From assembly GCF_052425735.1 (NCBI RefSeq), contig NC_135761.1:62682001-62746000 (forward strand): a stretch of DNA of 64,000 nt, given 5' to 3'. Position 1 is the first letter of the stretch. Every line of letters starts with the position of its first letter. The notes beneath the pieces were generated by a model, which saw only the letters and a list, made by a program, of their open reading frames with translations, was not told the DNA's origin and did no database searches. Source of the stretch: Oculina patagonica (lineage: Eukaryota). Shown here piece after piece: positions 39,901-52,491 of this stretch. The position numbers were made by a program, and so were the translations under genes.

Positions 39901-41089
39901 CTCCCAGAAAACTGATTGGGATTCAATGTAATAGATACACGTCACTAGACTGTTCACAGCCCTCTATTTTATTGTATGTTTCCATCGATGATGAGCCCGG
40001 GGAAAGAACGGCAAGAGAATTGGACGGCAGCGCAAAACGGTAGACGCGAAGGGGTGAAGGGCGGGGAGGGAAAAAAATATCTATTTTCCTTGTGTTAAAA
40101 AATAGAGAGGCTGTGGACAGTCTAACACGTCACACGTTTACTGATTCCTTCAATACATCACACATTCCTCTGCGCCCGTCACTCGAGCGAAGCGAATATA
40201 TCCTTCTTACGGAAACAAACGTGCGAGCCCCTGTGACCAAAATACGAACAAGACTCCGCGTACCAGATCATCTAAAAATTTCCTTCTTCCTACAGGTTTG
40301 ATGGAGTTGCTTGGTGCCGCTGGAGGACTTGTGGAATTCAAGGCTTCCCTCCTGGCATCTCATGGATTTGCTGCTCTTGCACTGGCCTACATGGGCTATG
40401 ACGATGTACCACTGCTTCCACCAACCATCGACATTGAATACTTTGAAGAGGTAGCTAACTGGCTCAGCAATCATCCAAAGGTCTTGCCGCGTGGTATTGG
40501 TGTTCATGCCATATGTTATGGATCATGGATTGCTTTATTAATGGCAAGCCTTAACATGAAAGCCATCAAGACTGTTGTGGCTATTTCACCTTTGATAGTT
40601 GCTCATACTTTACCATTTCAATACCAGGGAAAGGTCTCGGATGTAGTTCCTCTTGAAAATAGCAAGAAAATAACAACAGAGGATGGCTGCTGCTGGCGTT
40701 ACGCATTTCCAACGCTCACCTCCGAGTATAGCCCCCCTGTTTCCAAATACTCAGCTTTTACACCAGTCAAAAATATCTCTTGTCCTGTTCTACTAGTCTT
40801 TGGAACCGGCGACCTTCATGTCGATCCCGAGACATCGCAACTGATATTTGATCGCTTGAAGACCCGTGGAAGAAAACATCTGTGTTCCATTTTACGTTAT
40901 CCCGAAGCGGGACATCTCATCGAGCCGCCATACTCTCCACTCTGTTATGCTTCATACAACGGAACTACCAAACCGCTCGGTGATCCCCACCTGGTGTGGG
41001 GTGGGGAGACACAAGCTCACGCTAGAGCTCAAGGAGACGCCTGGCCAAAACTCTTAAGTTTTCTGCGAAGAAATCTTCAACATGTTTAG
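33941..41089 (+). CDS. Complete two-exon ACOT/BAAT-family enzyme (exons 33941-34421, 40296-41089; ~424 aa), Cys nucleophile
   Basis: Exon 1: SHAHFIADKDGEV, GGSYSGVSPMGLLWSMKP, GTLFLPPGDGPFP, G|gtaag; exon 2 in matching phase 1 with Cys-Asp-His triad motifs; 1275 nt in frame. Confidence 0.9.
35255..36432. mobile_element. ~1.2 kb degenerate foldback element in the intron
   Basis: GGACTCTGTAAAGTG / CACTTTACAGTGTCC termini; mirror blocks such as GAAGCATCTTCGGATCACTGCGCTGGA. Confidence 0.7.
37615..38530 (-). mobile_element. Penelope-like retroelement fragments (RT C-terminus + GIY-YIG)
   Basis: LVYKFQCGLCDAGYVGYTRGHLHQRVDGH (GIY-YIG); near 38270-38480 SLKFTMEVENN..LPFVGV and VYVKPTNTGLLLHY. Confidence 0.82.
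39016..39296 (-). mobile_element. tRNA-derived SINE, related to 26607-26791
   Basis: Shared core CTACTCCCCCCTGGATGGGATGCTAGTCCATC; flanking AATTTTTCAG duplicate. Confidence 0.8.
39947..40123. mobile_element. Small MITE
   Basis: TAGACTGTTCACAGCCCTCTATTTT mirrored by AAAATAGAGAGGCTGTGGACAGTCTA. Confidence 0.7.
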
Positions 41090-41550
41090 TCCAACATGTA
41101 ACTGATAGCAGGCCTTAGTCGCTTGTACTACCTTTTTTGAACTATAATCTTTCCAAACGAGTTTGCTATTTTACTGATCGAGGACACTGCTAGCATTATT
41201 GACGATCGTATTGGTTTTTCAAATGAAAGGGACAAATGATTAAAGTGTATATGACATGAAAAATATTTTCTGCTAAATCCTCAAAATAATAGTTTTCCAA
41301 AGTACTTAGTAGAAAAACCACTAACGAAGTTGAAGTAAATCAACTGCAGTTAAGCAAAGATGGTTAGGACTCTTGAATATTAAGAGGGATTACAAATGAC
41401 AAACTTGACAAGAATGGACGATTTTTTCAAGATGTCATCCGTAACGTACTCCTTTGAGCGTCATATGACAGACACAGTTGAATTCAGGTAAAAAAAAATA
41501 CAATACACCATTTGGGTCTTTGCACTAGCTGATCATGACTGCGTCGGCTT

Positions 41551-41722
41551 AAGCCTGGTTTTCACTAGCAACGCAAGCACAAGCGCAAGGATAACAGCTC
41601 TTATTTCACCGTGAAAACTGCTTCGACTCAAGCAAAAGCACAAGTGCATTGCATTTCGATGCAATGCGCTTCCTTTTTGCGTGATTGGGCTTGTGCTTGC
41701 GTCGCTAGTGAAAACCAGGCTT
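41551..41722. mobile_element. Small MITE
   Basis: AAGCCTGGTTTTCACTAGC / GCTAGTGAAAACCAGGCTT TIRs. Confidence 0.75.
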
Positions 41723-42338
41723 AATATTGAAGTGCTCGCTCAATAACAGTAAAGTTTGAAATAATTTAGCAGTATATTTTCTGGCAATAGAGGGTAACTA
41801 CCTAATAAGCTGCTGCTTAACACGGATTTGACCGCAGAAAAGAAACATGCTTGTGGCACGAGTTTTAAGTTTTGAGAATCTTTAATGTACATATTCTTAA
41901 ACAGCTACAGATTGCACCTTACTAGAAGGAAAGCTACGAAAAGAACAGCATTTTTTCTGATTACAGCGGAACTGAACCAATAAACTTATTGCTGATTACA
42001 CTTTTTACACTCCTTAGTTCTTTCTAAGCCGCAAAGGTCTCATTGCAGCAAACGTGGAAGCTGAGGACTCGTAGACTCTTCAAAATTAAATCAGCTTAGT
42101 GGCAAGAGTTGAGCCAGAGAGGAAATATCCTTAAAGAACAGCTCACACTAAGGACCACCGAACATCCTCACGTGTCATCGAAAATAATTCCTTCTTGCAG
42201 TTATCACAATCTAAACTCAGTCATTAGGATTTCTAATGAATGAATTCAAATAATAACATTATTTAAATAAATTAACCTAGTTTGGAAACAAATTAACCTA
42301 AGAGAATAATTTGACCTTAACATATGTCTTTACTTAAT

Positions 42339-45300
42339 TCACCAGTAAAAAAAAGAAAAGCGAAAACGAATGTGAGGTAGTGCTCTTTCGACATAACTCA
42401 AATCTTCGCCAGAGCATGTTTTGTAAAGGTAAAATTCCGAAATTACCGGCAAGTTTCTGATGTGTGGCACGATTGATGTTACTGCGTGTCCCAGTGGATT
42501 GCCTGACAGGCTCAGCATCTTCAAATTGGGAATGAATCGAAAGCTCTCCAGCAGACCACTCAAGTCATGCCCATCCATATTTAAATCAGTAAGCAACAAA
42601 TCTTTCAAACTGGGGAAGAAGCAAAAGCTTTTCCTGAGCGGAGCGAGACAACCTCTCACGCTGAAACCATGGAAAATAAGGTACTCCAAAGGCAATGTTT
42701 TGTTGATTCCGCCAAACAGCGCCTCCATGTGGTCAAGTTGCAAAATACTTCCATCTACCGCACTTAGCACAAGTCGTTTTAGGGACGACATTTCAGGAAG
42801 AGATTGACCCAGCGCTGCGGCAGTAGCTGGAGTCAGGCGTATTCCATCCAGTCTCAGGTGCACCAGATCCTTGTGTATGAAACCACCCACTGTGTTTACT
42901 TTTGCTGTGCAGCAGCAATATGTGTGAACCAAAGGATTGCCATGTACGCTTAGTCCCTCCAGATTAGGAATAAACCTTAAGCCCTCCAGGAGAAGGCACA
43001 AATTATGTTCATCCATGTTGAAATCTCCAAGACTTAACCCTCTCAGCTTCGGGAAGAAGCGGAAGCTTTTAGTGAGAGAGGCGAGACAACCTCTTACGCC
43101 GAAAAGATCGACAGTAAGCCTCTGCAAAGGCAATGTTTTGTTAAATCCACCAAACAGCACCTTCATTTCCTCATCTTGCAAAATACTCCCAGTTAGCACA
43201 AGTCCTTTTAAGGACGACATTTCAGGAAGTGACTGACCAAGCGCCACAGCAGTAGCTGGAGTCAGGCTAATGCCATGTAGCGCCAATTCCATGAGATCCT
43301 TGAGTATGAATCTACCGATAGGGTTAACTTCCACTGTGCAGCAATCTGCGTGAGCCAGATATTTGCCGTGTACCATCAGTTCCCTCAGATTAGGAATGAA
43401 TCTTAAACTCTCTAACAAACTCCACAAGTTATGTTCATCCATATTGACCTCTCTAAGATACAGCTGTATCAAATAGGGAAAGAAGCGGAAGCTTTTGGTG
43501 ACTGCTGCAATACTGCCTTCCACGCTGAAACCATGGAAAATAAGATTATACAAAGGCAATATTTTGTTGAATCCGCCAAAGAGGGCCTCTATTTCCTTAT
43601 CTTGCAATATGTTAACATTGCCTTCTCCTATTACCTCTACTGTGTTCAAGGACGAAATTTCAGGAAGTAACCGACCAAGTGCCGCTGTGGCTGCTGGCGT
43701 CAGGCGTATTCCATACAGTTTCAAACTCTTGGAAGTCCTACGTTCCAAAAGGTCGTCTGTGCTTAGTTCCACCGTACAGCAATCTGCGTCACCCAGTGGT
43801 TTGCATTGTACGCTCAGTGCCGTCAGATTAGGAATGAAACTGAAGCTCTCCAGCAGACCACACTGGTCATGTTCATCCATCTTTAACTTTTCAAGCTTTA
43901 ACGCTCTCAAATTGGGGAACGTGTTGTTAAATCCGCCAACCAGTGCCTCCATTTCCTCAGCTTGCAAAATACTTCCATCCACCCCAGTTAACTTGAGTTC
44001 CAGTAAGGGTATCTCAGGAAGCAACTGACCGAGCGCCGTGACTACTTTTGGCGTCAGGCTTATTCCATGCAGTTCCAGTTTCTTGTAAGTCGGCTTAGTC
44101 CCCTGTGCGAAACTACGGACTGTGTTTACTTCTACAGTGCAGCGATGTGCTTGACCCAGAGGTTCACCTTGTACGCTCAGTGCCCTCAGGTTAGGAATGA
44201 ATTTCAAGCTCTCCAACAGACCACACTGATCGTGTTCATCCATGTTTAAGTTTTCAAGTTTTACCTTTTTCAAATCGGGAAAGAACTGTAAGCTTTTAGT
44301 GAGTGGAGTCAGAGAACCTTTCACGGTGAAAACACTGAAAGTAAGCTCTTTCAAAGGCAATGCTTTGCTAAATCCACCAAATAGCGCCTCAATTTCATAA
44401 GCTTGGACAATGCTTTCATCCATCCCAGTTAACGTGAGTACTTCTAGGGTCGACATTTCAGGAAGTGACCGACCGAGCGCTGCGGCTCCTGCTGGAGTCA
44501 GTCTAATTCCACTCAGTTTCAATCTCTTGAGAGTCTTATGTGTGATACTAGTAACCAGTGTCTCCACTGCAACAGAACAACAATTACTCAAGCCAAGGTA
44601 AAGAGTGATGTTATTAAATCTTGGTAACAAAGTGCCAAGTTTCACTGCTCCAGCTGACGTCAAGTGACAGCAAAAATCGTCCCAACGGCCAATCTCCAAA
44701 GAACATTTACTGGGGTTTTGTACATGCTCCAAAAGATCACATACGGAGTCATCGTTCTGTGTAACTACAATCCTTTTCAAATGTTTGCAATTTCCAATAG
44801 CTGCGCCAAGAGCTTTCCCTTTCTGGCCGCTTAGGTGATCAAAACATCGTAGAGATGTTAAAAATTTCAAATATGACATATCTGAACACAAATTTGCCGA
44901 GAGAGACGGAACAGAATCAGCAGTTATTTCCGTAAATAGTCCCACATCGCCATCACGGACCAGCAACAAGTCTGTTACGTGAAACTGAAACTGACCATAA
45001 CGGAAAGAAAGGATGGAAATGAAAGAGCTATCGGCGGTACCGAGATTTACGTTCTGAAACTTTCTTACAAAGTCTCCAAATGTGGGGACTTTACAGCTCT
45101 CAGTGATTCTTAGTTGGATCTGTAAACATTTGAGAAACTCCAGCAACTTATACAGCACTGAATCTTCAAAGAACCCATCCCACGAACTGAAACTGAAAAT
45201 AAATGTACCAAAATGTGCTAGTCTAGCTAAGTCGTCCACTTTTGGCATAAATTCAGGCAGCGGTCTGTCTCTGTTAACGAGGATGGCTCCACCAGTGCAA

Positions 45301-48300
45301 GCAAAACAATGCTTTAAGAGTTCGGCTTTTGATTGGACTTCTCGGAAGGAATCGTAAACCAAATCACTGAAGCTCTTCTGTCTAACAGTGACATCACACA
45401 GTGGCACGTCAGTCTCGTTTTCTACATCTGGTATTAGTTTTGATAAATCCAGTGTTGGGTCAGAGATTCTGACTGATTTCAGGTGTTCGAGAACCTTCAC
45501 TGCTCCATCGTCAGACAAACCACAAACGAACTGGAAAACATTCTCCAAGGCCTGACAATCCTCCAAGGTGCGCGCGTGCTGTTCAATTCCACCGAGACTT
45601 CCTTCAGGGACACATCTGTAGGTTATGTACCACGCCGCTAAGTACTCTTGTATGCTCTTGTGGATAAAGGATACCATCTCCATTGGTTTTAAGCTTGGTC
45701 CGTACTCAGACAATTGAAGGAGACCAATAATGAGACTTTCTTTACCACGCACGTTTTCAGGCAGCTGACCATACTTGAATACCAGATCGCCTTTCAGAAG
45801 ACCGGCTAACGCAACCTTTCCTATTTCAGCGAGGATCTCTTTGTAATCCTCTTCTTTTAGCTTCAACACCTGAGACGAAAAGTGTTTCCTGCGGCTGTGC
45901 TGCACAATGTGCTCCACAATTTCCTGATACAATTTGGTTTTACTTTCAATGAGCTCCATCAACGTTTCCTTTTCTTCCTTCCACAACAAGCAAAAAAAGA
46001 GAGTCAGCAATGGAACTCTTGCTAGGTCTTCCATCTTACTCTTCCAAAGAAAGCGCAACAGATCATCTACCTGCGTTTGGCTCTCCAAAACTTTTCCCAT
46101 AAACTCCTCTCTATCAGACATATTAAACCCGGTAATTTCAGCTTGTATGTCGGCAGGTCCTCGTAGCTCATCAGCTCTTGAAGATCGAGTGGTTACCAGG
46201 ACAGTACAGTCTCTCAAAATATTCCCGCGGAATATTTCGTTGATTGGAGAGCTGCTTCTGCTGCCGTACTTTTCTTCTGCTTCGCTTCCGGTACGATACT
46301 CATCGTAGCCATCAAATACAAAAAGAACTTTGTCTTGGTTCTTACGGATGTAACTGAGGAGATCATCTACTGATTGTTCCTCATCTTCTGGAAAAAGACG
46401 TGAGCAACTTATGACTTCTCTTAACGTCTGGCACTTGGATACATCTTTGAGATTAATAGACACTACAAGCTCAAACTTCCTCAGTGCTTCTTTTCGTTCC
46501 TCATCCATCTTTGCCTCTTCAAGATTATACCAATCCACAAGCAGCCTTTTAACAAAAGTAGTTTTCCCAATTCCAGTCTCCCCTTGCACAAGGATTCTCT
46601 TTGGCACAGCTTCGTTCTTGGTTTTCTCAGTGAAAATTTGAGTGTAATGCCTCAGTTCCCTTTGTGATAACCCAGCTGGGGTCTGTTCATCTTTCACCCA
46701 GGACAGTCGAGTGTAGATTTGGTCAAGGTCCACCTGAAATGCTGAGGACCACACAGTAGTGGGCACCTTGGCTGTTCTTTGATAATGCTCCGCCAGCTTC
46801 TTCTGACAGGCTTTCACATCAAAAGTATTCACAGGAGAAGCCGCTGAAGATAGCAACGGTTAAATTAATAATAAATTACAAACTTAAACATGTTGATTGA
46901 TTGGTAGGCAGAGGAGAAACCAGTGCAAGATAGAAATAGAGGAGAAACAGTCAAAGAGTCGTTGTTGTGGCCTTTTTACTCTTAAAAGAACCTACAAGTA
47001 ACATTATATTATTCTCATGGTACTTTAAATTACTTTTACAACAACAACGTCTTCCACGTCCTGTGACCAACCTCATTTTAGCAATCTGGAATGCAACTGT
47101 CGGATTGAAATCTGCTTGTTTCTTTGTATTAAAAATTACAAATTAAACTTACCTGAATTGTTTTCCTTGATCCTCTGACTTCGGACTTCATTCACAAGTT
47201 GTTTGACTTTGTTGCCTGTCTCAGACACATCTTTTTCCAGTTGTTCTACTTTGTCATCTGTCTTTGCTAACTCTTGCTCCAGTTTTTCCACTTTGTCATC
47301 TGTCTTGGCAATCCCTTGCTCCAGTTGTTCAACTTTGTCGTCTGTCTTGGCAAAGCCTTGCTCCAGTTGTTCCACTTTGTCGTCTGTCTTAGCAAATTCT
47401 TGCTCTAGTTGTTCCACTTTATCATCTGTCTTTGCAAACCCTTGCTCTAGTTGTTCCACTTTGTCATCTGTCTTGGCAAAGCCCCGTTCCAGTTGTTCCA
47501 CTTTGTCTTCTGTCTTGGAAAGCCCTTGCTCTAGCTGATCTACTTTGTCATCTGTCTTGGCGAGCCCTTGCTTCAGTTGTTCCAATTTGCCATCTGTCAC
47601 AGCAAGTCCCTTTTCCACTCCTTCAACTCGGGACAGCAATTCTTCATGGAGGGTTTTCTCAACTGACAAAAGTTTTTTCAATATTTCTTCACTCTCTTTT
47701 ATCTGCTGTTCTTTCCATTCCAGCACCACTTTTAACTGCTCATCATGTTCTTCCAGTTGAACTTTTGTCGAAGATTGAGTGTCAATTTGTTCTTTTCTCT
47801 GCTGTGCCAGTGATTCTTGAATGGCTGTTTGTTCCGCGTCCGTTTTCGTGAACTTCTTAATGAGTTCTTTCACATCTTGTTGCACCAGAGAAAGGAGATT
47901 TTGATCCACAGCATGCCCCATACACAGCTGGCAACCTAGAAACCAAAGAAAATTCGTGTTTGTGTTTGGTATTTGATCTGGCTGATTACAAAATGGGCTT
48001 GGAATGGGATGGCCTAAGGTGAGACAAACCAACTTCTGAGTTAGGATTTCAAGTTGGATTTTCGAGTTGGATTTCGAGTAAGGTTTTCGAGTTGAATTTG
48101 GTACTGACCAAGAATAAACCATATTTTTAAAGTATAATTATATGCTGTAACCATAAACACATACAGTAAAATTCCGGTTATATGCTTCCGCTTATAAGCC
48201 CCTCTGGTTATAGGCCCATCTACCTGGAACAAAAAATACTTCGACTATAAGCCCTCCCCAGGATACAAGCCCCCCTCTGCTGGATGGCAGTACTGAACAG

Positions 48301-50396
48301 GGTTAAATGTTGCTTTATTATGACTTTTAAACTTCAAAACGTATTTCGATGAAGATTGTCGTAGCTCGTTGCAAAACGTTTTTTTATTGTACTTATAAGC
48401 ACCCCGGATATAAGCCCACCCTCGGTTGGATAAAAATGTCTGAGTAGTTTTTGAGTTAGCCTTGAAAGGTCCAAAATAGTGTAACTTTAACCACATATGA
48501 TGTTGCCATGGAAACAGAGTTCGACGTCACTATGACCTCAAATTGTTCATTGGTAAATCTTGTTTACGTTTGTGCTAAAATATTTTTCTTGACGTTATTG
48601 GTATAGCTGTGATAGAATACCAAAGACGGGCATGTCTAATTCTGACCTAACTATTACGAGCCACCTTAAATTAGTTTAGGAACCGAAATACAGAGGGTTG
48701 AAGTCTCATCGATGTTCATTCAAGCATGAGTGGAATGAGGATCAGTGTACACACCAAAGTTGACAAATCTCACAGCATAAAAGCAAAAACTCTATCGATG
48801 ACTCTAATGAAAGTGTGAGCAGGTTCAAATTTAATTTCTATCACACAAGTAACATCTAAACAGAGACATTGCATGAAGTTTAGCAGTGCTACACGTTTGT
48901 CATCAGTTGTCAGTCCCCTGTGGGGGGGGGGGGTCTGGAAATGAACATGTGATACATGTTAGAGACATTTGCTACTTAAGTCAGGTTTTGCTAAAAGGAT
49001 CAGTTTGCCATAATTTCTAGATTGTTTGGGAATTGGATGTGATTTCTTTCGACATATGGAATCTCCAGCTTTCTGTACACAAAATACACAGATCAGACAA
49101 GTTGCTAACAATCTGGATCTGTGGCCCTTTTTAGTAAATTTGCACTGAATAATTTTTATTTCTTTCACAATCATAGCAGTTAGGATTCTTAGATTCAAAT
49201 TTCGCAAGATAATCAAACTGAATAATAATTTAATCTAAACCATTCAATCATGGCCTCCACGTCATATTTACAGCAAGGCGCACAAAAGTGTGACCACTTT
49301 TAATTTATTCACATTCTTTCGTGCAGATTTAATCCATTCAAAAGCTGTGGATAGCTTGCAGTTGACTTCTGATTGGATTAAATCTGCACGAAAGAATGTG
49401 AATAAATTACTGTAAAAGTTCTATTCAAGAGAGGTTACAGTTGAATTAATGATTTAATTCCATTATTCAGTTGAAAATTTGAAAATCTTTTTTGGACAGG
49501 AATCTTTTTTGGACAGGAATATTTTACTTGTTTAAATGATTTAACACAGACAGACACTGATTGAAAAGAGAAAACAGTGAGGACTTTGAAGAATAAATAA
49601 TGCGCCACTAGTCATTATACAAAGGTTTGTTAGAGAAAACAAAACTGCAAGTGCAACAAGTGGTTTAATCTCTACACATTTACTGGTAGGGTGAATTGAC
49701 TCCTTACATTAAAAATCATCATCAGAACATTGTATAACGTAAAATGTTCTAAAGCTAAGTTACATTATGGTTACCTTTTGTTTTCCAGTCAGTTAGCTGA
49801 TCTAAGGTGGTCTTCTCTATACCAGCAGTCAGTCCCAGACTTCTCACCAAGGTCTCCAGCTTGGAGAAACAATCATTGAAGAAGACTTCAGTCCAGTCAG
49901 TGACATTCCAATGGCCCCATTTGTTCCTGACATTTTCCCTGACATCATCAGCTGAAGTCTGAATGGAAATCAATGGATTTGGAGATGGGAAAATAGGTGC
50001 AGGATTGTTAAATCCCAACAGGCGAAGAATGGCACTCATGTCCAGTGACTCATCAAAGGCTGAAAACTCAGCAAGATAATCTGGCAGAAATAACTTGGCC
50101 AAGTCAACTGAATTGTTGATATTGTAGTTGTAGAGCGGTTTATGTTTGCCATAGTTGTGAAAATTGTTGTTAATATTCTGAAACTTCAATCTTCTAAGGT
50201 TTGGATCAGCACTGACATGATGATAAGTCAGTGTCTTCAGGGTACACAGTGCAGTCAGACCATGGCAGTAGGTGTTATTTGCATAATGTGTGTCCATTTG
50301 TTGTCTGACAAAATCCCTTAATACTGGAGCTGCTACTTTGTTCATAGCAATTCCAACCACAAGCCATCTCTTCTCCTCATCAGAGACCATCATCAT
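42339..50396 (-). CDS. NLR copy 2, intact: HEPN-like - coiled coil - NACHT - LRR (exons 50396-49775, 47935-47153, 46843-42339; ~1969 aa)
   Basis: GT-AG junctions, both phase 1; 622+783+4505=5910 nt in frame; RNKWGH at 49911-49928; NACHT motifs intact. Confidence 0.9.
47200..47620 (-). repeat. Coding 42-bp tandem repeat (KTDDKVEQLEQGFA), about 10 units
   Basis: Direct translation. Confidence 0.92.
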
Positions 50397-51885
50397 GAGT
50401 TTGTAAATTTGCTCTAATAGTTTTCACAGGTTATAGACGTGAGGTACATCTTGAGGGGCTGGAAAAAGATAAGGAACACAACTGAGAGGATTTTAAACAA
50501 TACTAATCACTTGTAGAATGTTGGAACTTTAATAGAACACTATCCGCAGGTCTTTTCAGTAACTATTTACCTATTTACAATTACAAACGGGGTAAAGATA
50601 ACTATAAATTACAAGTTTATTCTTACAAATATTTTGCACTTAAATTAAATAATAATTAAATGTTGCGACCAATTTAGCAACATTTGCATTAATGGTAAAT
50701 AAATAAAATAATGAGAATCATTTGAACAAACAAATGAACAAACAAACAAATGATAAGTTATTTACATCAAGTATAATATATGGCTTGCAAATGTTATGCA
50801 AGTTACTATGAAATGTAGTTCTGAACTAACCTCTCAATTTAGAAATAGTCCTATGCTAACCAATGGGTGACTGTATTCAAGTGGCAACAGAATTGACTTC
50901 CAAGTCATTAAGTGTATGTACATTGTAAACTGTGAAGATATAAATTAGATTACCGTAGTAACAATTAGTTTAAATACAGTTGAACCTCCTGCAAGTGAAT
51001 ATCTTAAAAGTCACTATCAATACGGTCCATTGTGAGTCAGACCACAGGGGTCTATAAACAATACTTTGAGTCATTAATTATTTTTAATACATGTACAAAT
51101 GCATCTGTATAAAGCCCCAAGAGTTTAGGCTTTATTCAAGAACACGTCGAGTAGTTCAAAAGGTTTCAGCAAGTCCAGTACATGCAATTTCCAAGATGTA
51201 TTTATACTAGTTTTGACTCAAAAGGTCAATGTCACTGAAATAATTGATGATACGTTAGTAGGCATCAAGACTTCAGATAAAAAATTTATGATAAGACTTA
51301 AAGCATATTCTTTGGTTTGAATGTTCAAGAGTTAATTATACTTTGATTAGGCCACACATGATAAAGTAAAAATATACATGGCAGTTATCTAGAGACTCAT
51401 TCTGCTCTTTTCGCTCCAAAATTTTTTTCAAAATTTAATGTGCTATATTTCTCAGGGTGTACATGTACCTTACACTGTTAGTGTTACAGTAGTTCTGAAC
51501 TAACCTTTAAGAAACAAGTATTCAGTCTCACTGATTATCGTGTACAGAATGACTTCAGAATTGACTTCAAGGTGTTAGTGATTTTAATAAGTACATACTG
51601 TGCAGATAAATGAAAAATAAGTCATTAGTAACGGGGTCAACCAATAAATGTACAAATTAAGGGTAACAGCTGATAACAGTTACCGGTAAATACAATTCTA
51701 AAAGTGTTATTTTGAAAAACTCATAACTGTGCAAATCTAAAACAGAATTATTTTTTTTTAAACAATAATATATACCCGGTATATAGTTTTGATTTGATTT
51801 TGAAATGATAATTTTTCTGTGTTGCATTGTGTAGTTCCATAAAATTAATTATCCATACCTCCCCCACGGAAAGAATTTTCCTTAA

Positions 51886-52491
51886 GGCTGGTTCTCACAT
51901 GATCGCCCCGATCGTTTCTATCGCATCGATCGTTTGCAAATACTGAGACAATCGAAGTGATTGGAAGCGATCAGGGGGTTCTCATATGATTGCCCTGATC
52001 GTCTGGTATATGCAAAATAGAGTTAATCAAACAAGATAATAATTCATGATCTTTTCTTTGTTCCCACGCATGAATATTCAATTTTATTTCGTTCGACGCA
52101 CATGTGTTTTTTTCAAAACTCCGATATCGCTTATGGCAGCATTCGATGCAAGAGCAAACCTCGTGGCCTCCTATCTTCTTGTTATTGCCGTTTTACGGCG
52201 AAGGAGCAAAAGGGAGGCCAAACGGAAATGTAGTTCTGGGTAATACTGATGCACCATGGGACAGTTTGGATCGCTTTGATCTTCTCCCTCTGCGAAAGTA
52301 GTTCTCATATAATCATTCGCGATCGCCGCGGTCTGCGACCGATCGCCTGGATAGAACACAGGCGATCGAAGCAATCAAGATCGCCCCGATCACCAGACGT
52401 CTCTGTAGTGTTCTCATATGATCGCCCTGATCGCAAGCAAACTTTTTGAAGCGCGACAGAGACGATCGGGGTGATCATATGAGAACCAGCC
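51886..52491. mobile_element. MITE, paralog of 16706-17318
   Basis: Same TIRs; TTAA on both sides. Confidence 0.8.
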
